Assembly: GCF_006345805.1 (NCBI RefSeq)
Contig: NW_021825914.1
Location: 1-13,953, forward strand
Reading direction: 5' to 3'
Origin: Octopus sinensis
Lineage: Eukaryota
Length of the DNA stretch: 13,953 bases
Position numbers and translations under genes: made by a program. Below the pieces are notes generated by a model, which saw only the letters and a program-made list of their open reading frames with translations, did no database searches and was not told where the DNA came from. This document shows, one piece after another, positions 8,454 to 13,953 of this stretch; within the stretch, counting starts at the first letter, position 1; each line of letters opens with the position of its first letter.

Positions 8454-8528
8454 GCCCGGTTTGGGAATCGAAATTGCGATCCTACGACCGCGAGTCCGCT
8501 GCCCTAACCAATGAGTCATTGCGCCTCC
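8454..8528 (-). mobile_element. SINE family C, tRNA-like head only
   Basis: Reverse complement GGAGGCGCAATGACTCATTGGTTAGGGCAGCGGACTCGCGGTCGTAGGATCGCAATTTCGATTCCCAAACCGGGC aligns with 7905-7979. Confidence 0.85.
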
Positions 8529-8695
8529 ACTCACCCACCTTACAAAGGTAATGAATATGAATATAAATAAATAAATAAATAATGGCCTGTCCCTCAATAA
8601 GAATGAACGTCCATCGTACAGAGTCCCTCCATTTTTCTGGACCCATTTTCACTTACAAAACTGGGGCTATGGCAGAAAACATTTAGATGTTTATT

Positions 8696-8743
8696 CAAGG
8701 TACCGTACTGCAGGATTGAACTAAGAACCATGTAATTGTAAGC
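8696..8743 (-). mobile_element. SINE family B head fragment, diverged
   Basis: CAAGGTACCGTACTGCAGGATTGAACTAAGAACCATGT resembles 822-858 (CAAGGTGCTACACAGTGGGACTGAACCCAGAACCATGT). Confidence 0.55.
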
Positions 8744-8754
8744 ACTTGAATGTT

Positions 8755-8908
8755 TGTGGTTGTGTGGTAAGAAGCTTTCTTCCCAACCACATCGTTCTGG
8801 GTTCAGTTCCACTTCATAGCACCTTTGGCAAGTGTCTTCTACTATAGCCTCGGGCCGACCGAAGCCTTTCGAATGGATTTGGCAGACGAAACTGAAAGAA
8901 GCCCGTCG
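8755..8908 (+). mobile_element. SINE family B, 5' half ending in (TA)n
   Basis: GTGGTTGTGTGGTAAG..GGGTTCAGTTCC..GGCAAGTGTCTTCTACTATAGCCTCGGGCCGACC..GAAAGAAGCCCGTCG. Confidence 0.85.
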
Positions 8909-8939
8909 TGTATATATATATATATATATAGGGAGAGAG

Positions 8940-9091
8940 AGGCACAGGTATATATGTGGTAAGAAACTTGCTTCCAAACCACATAACACCGGATTCAGGC
9001 CCATTGCGTGGCACTTTGGGTAACTGCTTTCTACTCTAGCCTCGGGCCGACCAAAGCCTTGTGAGTGAATTTGGTTGAAAGAAAGCCGTCG

Positions 9092-9132
<41 letters not shown>

Positions 9133-9414
9133 ATATGTATGTATGTATATATGTATGTATGTATATGTTTGTGTGTCTGTGCTTGTTCCCCAATTATTGC
9201 TTGACAACCGATGTTGGTGTGTTTACGTCCCTGTAACGTAGCAGTTCGGCAAAAAGAGAAAACCGATAGAAAAAAAAAAAGTGCAAGGCTTGCAAAGAAT
9301 AAGCAAAACTGGGGATCGGTTCGGTTCGTTCGACTGAAAGGCGGTACTCCAGCATGGCCGCAGTCAAATGACTGAAACACGTAAAAGAGTAAAAAAAAGA
9401 AAAAAAAAAAAAAA
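8940..9414 (+). mobile_element. SINE family B, full-length-like copy with A-rich tail
   Basis: Head and CORE-like part 8940-9091, internal TA/ATGT microsatellite, then ..CATGGCCGCAGTCAAATGACTGAAACACGTAAAAGAG and poly(A). Confidence 0.88.
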
Positions 9415-9689
9415 GCATAGCAAACGGCTGTCTTTCATCTCTTCCGTTGTCTCTTAATTGACACGATTTGAGAACCTGAAAAAAAAAAAAAAAGAAACAA
9501 AACCATAAAAAAATAAAAATAAAAAAAAAAAACAAAGAACAAAGGCAGACAACCGAACAGGAACAAATAAGAAACCACAGCCACAGCCACCCCCACCCCC
9601 CCCCACCTGCCAGCCTTTTGATTTCTTAAAAGTTTTGCTTTATTTATTTATTTATTTATTAATTTAGTGTTTGTTATATTTTTCCCCTC

Positions 9690-9987
9690 GCCTCCTCCTC
9701 CTCCTCCTCCTCCTCCTCCTCCTCCTCTCCCTTCAACTCCTCCCTTTGTCCTTCCCAATCCACCAAACACAACAAAGGCACTACACTTTCTTCAGTTTAC
9801 ACCTGTTTCTCAACAATTTCCCACTGGTTGGTTGAGGGGGAGGGGGGGGGGCGGAACTCCTCTTCCCGCCGCCATCGTACTCGTCGCCTCCCCTCCGCCA
9901 CCTTTCTTACTGTCTGTTTGGCCCTCCCACAATTTCTACTTCTACTTCTCCTGCACCTTCACCTGTTTCTCTTCCTCCTTCTCCTTG

Positions 9988-10049
<62 letters not shown>

Positions 10050-10128
10050 GTTACCGCCACAACTACCACCGTTACATCTATCACCACAATCGCTACTATT
10101 ACTACTAGCACTACTACTACTACTATTT

Positions 10129-10193
<65 letters not shown>

Positions 10194-10372
10194 ATTACTA
10201 CTACTGCTGCTGCTGTTACCACCACAACTACCACCGTTACATCTACCACCACAATCGCTAGTATTACTACTAATACTACTACTATTACTACTACTACTAC
10301 TCCATTACTACTATTTCTACTACTACTACTACTATACTACTACTACTAATACTAATACTAATACTACTACTA
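9690..10372. repeat. Low-complexity trinucleotide region: (CCT)n, (CTA)n, (CTG)n, (TAA)n
   Basis: Direct reading; explains the poly-P/T/A/L/I/N pseudo-ORFs. Confidence 0.9.
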
Positions 10373-10861
10373 TCAAACATCCGTTCAACGCTACTCACAA
10401 ACTATCACCCTAATCACCACGAAAACGGGACGGTCATATCTGGAATGTCACTGACCCAATGTCAGCTCGATCTATACGACAGACCTGGAGCGAGACAAGG
10501 AGACCAACAATTTTCCGAGTTCCCTGTAGCATCAGCGATAGTAGCTCAGAGCAGCGCGCTTCACAGGAAAATACATACAGAGAAGCGTTAGGGAAGCAGA
10601 TACCTGTAATAGCCGTGGGTCACATAGTCAGGTTGTGCTGTATTTCTATGTATTATGTAAACCGTTTAGCTGAGGTTATTTCCCCCTCACCGATATTCAT
10701 AGCCAACCTCCCAACAAACCAGCTATTCTTCTCTCTCTTTCTCTCCCTCCCTCTCTTTATCTCTCCCCCTCCTCTCTCTGTCTGTCTGTTTCCCTCTCTG
10801 TCTCTCTCTCAAACACTCTCTGTATATGTCAATGTGTGTGTGACTATATAATATATATATA

Positions 10862-10933
10862 TACTCTTTACTCTTTTACTTGTTTCAGTCATTTTGACTG
10901 CGGCTACTTACCACACAGCCACTCCTGCACCTA
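10862..10933 (-). mobile_element. SINE family B mini-derivative (head fused directly to tail)
   Basis: CTCTTTTACTTGTTTCAGTCATTTTGACTGCGGC (reverse complement of the 9357-9390 tail) joined to TACTTACCACACAGCCACTCCTGCACCTA (reverse complement of the head). Confidence 0.8.
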
Positions 10934-11222
10934 AATTATATATATATATAATATAAATAGTATATAAATATATACATATATACATACATATATGTACATA
11001 CCTACATATATATGTATATATACATGCATATATGGGTTCAGGACATAAAAAAAAAAAAACCTTTGAACACAAGGAGAAACGAAAACAGAAACGAACTTTT
11101 TTTGAACAACGAAATATACACACACACATACACACACACACATACACACACACATACACACACACACATATATATACATGTATATGTATATATATATATA
11201 TGTATGTATGTATGTATGTATG

Positions 11223-11756
11223 CATTCAAGGATGCCAAAACAACTCTTTATGAGAGAGTTAGCTAAAGGAGAACAACCTCCACCTAAACCAAAAAAGAGG
11301 TATAAGGACTTGCTGAAGGCTTCCTTAAGAGATGCTTGCATCTCTCCTGACACACAGGAAGGCATAGCTATTGATCGTAGGAGGTGGAGAAGGACTGTGC
11401 ATGAGGGGACAGCCACTTTTGAGAAATCTCGAGTCGCACATGAGAAAGTAAGGAGGGATGTCAGGAAGGGCATCGCTGTTACACTTCCAGAAGGGAAGGG
11501 TCTTCCTTTGATTCTGACATGCAATGTCTGTGCAAGACCCTGCCTCAGTAAAGCTGGACTCATGAGTCATCTCCGTAGTCATAAAACGAGACAGATGAGT
11601 GACAACCTGGCCACTGGTGGTGGTGTAACACACCATACTAATCATATCTGTCAGGCATGTGGAAGAGAGTGTAATTTGGCAGGAGGACTTAAACGACATG
11701 CAAACGACATGAAGCCCAGTTGCAACTACAGCCGGTTATTACCAGTAAAGGTTTGA
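11223..11756 (+). pseudogene. 5'-truncated non-LTR retrotransposon (RTE-like LINE) ORF C-terminus with C2H2 zinc fingers
   Basis: SRMPKQLFMRELAKG..PKKRYKDLLKASL..DRRRWRRTVHEG..FE matches the post-RT pattern I know from RTE-clade LINEs (R.PK.LLYGEL..G.R..G.QKKRFKD.LK..L..DR..WR). CNVC-x12-HLRSH at 11520-11582 is an intact C2H2. No RT catalytic core in the window. Confidence 0.8.
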
Positions 11757-11880
11757 GTTGCCAATTTTGTACAAGACATTGTAGATCTTTAGCTGGGCTA
11801 AAAAGTCACATTCGATCACAGCACCAGTAACAGTTAAGCTTCGTGCAATGGCCATACTCGATAACGAGGGGGCAGCCATA

Positions 11881-11956
11881 ATGTATGTATGTATGTATGT
11901 AATTATGTACGTACGTACGTATGTATGTATGTATGTATGTATGTATGTATGTATAT
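11881..11956. repeat. (ATGT)n microsatellite
   Basis: Direct reading, with an ACGT variant block. Confidence 0.92.
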
Positions 11957-11974
11957 ACTAAATCTTGCCAGTAC

Positions 11975-12043
11975 AGTAAAATATGATTTACTGATGAGGA
12001 CAAATAACACCGAAACATATGTTACTTTCATCATCAGTTTACT
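11975..12043 (+). ncRNA. Hammerhead-like motif 4 (palindromic stem III, degraded stem I)
   Basis: CTGATGA 11991-11997; GG..CC closing stem II (11998-11999/12010-12011); GAAA 12012-12015; palindrome ACATATGT 12015-12022; H17 = T12023; proximal stem I poor, distal ATGA/TCAT and AGTAAA/TTTACT. Confidence 0.5.
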
Positions 12044-12283
12044 TTTAAAGATTAAATACTTTCCGACCATGCATTTCTAAACAATTTAGTTAATTGATCA
12101 TATTGGAGTCATTTCCCTTGGCAGTTGTTTTTAATCAGCTGTAGATGGATTATTTGTCTACTAATCCACAGTTAACCTCAATTAATCGGGACTTTTCTGC
12201 TCAAAATATAAAGGACCGAAACGTAACAGCTCATTCAGTCATCTTATAAGAGAGCCAAGCTCCGTGGTTTTCTGAAGGTTGTA

Positions 12284-12499
12284 TCCTTCTCTTTTTACCT
12301 TTTTTTTTTTTGCTTCCCTCTCTTCCATTTCTTTCCTCATACTTCTCTCCTATTCCTTCATTACCCTTCCTCCTGCCACTGTTATACATCTAACTCTGTT
12401 CGCCTCTCACACCACCACTTCCGTCTAAATCGCCCCCCCCCTGTCTCTCTCTGTCTCTCTTCCCTTCTCTGTCTCTCTCTCTCTCTTATTCTCTCTCAG
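12284..12499 (+). repeat. Long polypyrimidine / (CT)n tract ending in CAG
   Basis: About 215 nt C/T-rich, ending CTCTCTTATTCTCTCTCAG. Confidence 0.75.
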
Positions 12500-12717
12500 T
12501 GTCAATATTTGCCTCAAAGATTGAACCTCGAAGCGCTAGAAAGAGCAGCCAAATTTTCTTTCATTCGATTCTTAGCAACCATCTTAGAAATACGGGAAGC
12601 ACAAGTTGGATAACGTGGCACAAAAGGCAGGTTCGGCATGGTTGGAATGTTTATGATCATAGGACTGCTCGAAACCTTAAAAACAATCACATGCACAACT
12701 AAGGCAATAACGAAATA

Positions 12718-13080
<363 letters not shown>

Positions 13081-13782
13081 CTTCTCTTCCTTCACGCCTG
13101 CTCAGCAACAATTAATAACAATCATTTTTATTATAGCCATCACCTCAACCCCACCACACACTCCAGAATCTCCGCTCCCCCCCCCATTTATCATCACCCC
13201 CACACACACATCACCATCACCACTATCACCACCACCACCACCATGGACACAACATGCCCGCGAAGTTCTTCACCATATTATATATGGGAGAAGCGGGCTT
13301 CTAGGTGCTCCGTCTTCCTGCTAGAAATAGCAGTCTGGTAAATCTCGCGCATATGATAATACGCACATGATAAGGCGCACTGTGTCTAAATATAAGCTAA
13401 AAGTACAATGAAACAGGGTGGTTGGTCGTGGCAGGAACATGTTTGATCGTCGGTGTGTTCCGTCAGTACTGACCCAAATCCAGACAACAATAGCAGCATC
13501 GCTAGCACTGTACTTGTAGCGGGCCTAGAAGTACATGAGGTTGCTGTACGGAGTTGTTAGGGATGACAGGTGGTGAGTGTGCCCACTGGAGCATGACCAA
13601 ATATAACAGGTGGACAAAACACACACACACACACACACACACATACACACACAAGGTTGTAGCGTTATGTATTCACCAGTCATTTGTCTATCTGCCCTGC
13701 TTTCACATCTACATGCCAGTACAAGCACTTAAACATACACCTAGTTGGTGACGTCCTGTACCCATATATATCGAGGTCGACC

Positions 13783-13902
13783 AATTCCGCCGAGGTCGAT
13801 TTGCCTTTCATTCTTTCGGGGTCGATGTAATCGACTTAATCCCTTTGTCTGTCCTTGTTTGTCCACTCTATGTTTAGCCCCTTGTTGGGTAGTAAAGAAA
13901 TA
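13783..13902 (+). mobile_element. SINE family A, 5'-truncated and internally deleted
   Basis: AATTCCGCCGAGGTCGAT..TTCGGGGTCGATGTAATCGACTTAATCC..AGCCCCTTGTTGGGTAGTAAAGAAATA. Confidence 0.85.
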
Positions 13903-13907
13903 CTACA

Positions 13908-13953
<46 letters not shown>
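13908..13953. repeat. (CTAT)n microsatellite, runs off the window
   Basis: Direct reading. Confidence 0.95.

Noticed and set aside
9780-9880. Minus-strand ATGGCGGCG start (MAAGRGVPPPP..)
   Set aside because: Hits a stop after 21 codons within a G/C homopolymer patch; no donor or homology.
10430-10851. ORF 10459-10851, an HRKIHTEK linker-like peptide in another frame, and a minus-strand acceptor
   Set aside because: No upstream Cys pair for a zinc finger; the minus-strand exon has stops in all three frames; the ORF runs into (CT)n.
13256-13296. CCCGC..CCATAT-tat-ATATGG..GCGGG hairpin as a pre-miRNA
   Set aside because: Only about 41 nt with several bulges; too short and irregular.

Overview
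AT-rich, repeat-dominated, non-coding animal genomic DNA, probably intronic or intergenic. I recognise the SINE sequences as coleoid cephalopod (Octopus-like); this is inference from memory, not a database search. No intact protein-coding gene can be supported, and almost all ORFs in the track are microsatellite or SINE read-throughs. The window contains: (i) three tRNA-derived SINE families (called A, B and C here) in many copies and both orientations, including a tandem array of 184-bp family A units; (ii) a 5'-truncated LINE ORF C-terminus (RTE-like) with two C2H2 zinc fingers, the second frameshifted; (iii) four distinct type I hammerhead-ribozyme-like motifs of the minimal Penelope-like-element kind, three of them within about 1 kb; (iv) a 369-bp foldback/MITE-like element with 47-bp arms (46/47 identical), flanked by TTAA/TGAA, whose arms carry splice donor and acceptor motifs on both strands; (v) many simple and compound microsatellites. 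The best leads are the foldback element, the hammerhead cluster, and a covarying hairpin shared by ten family A units.
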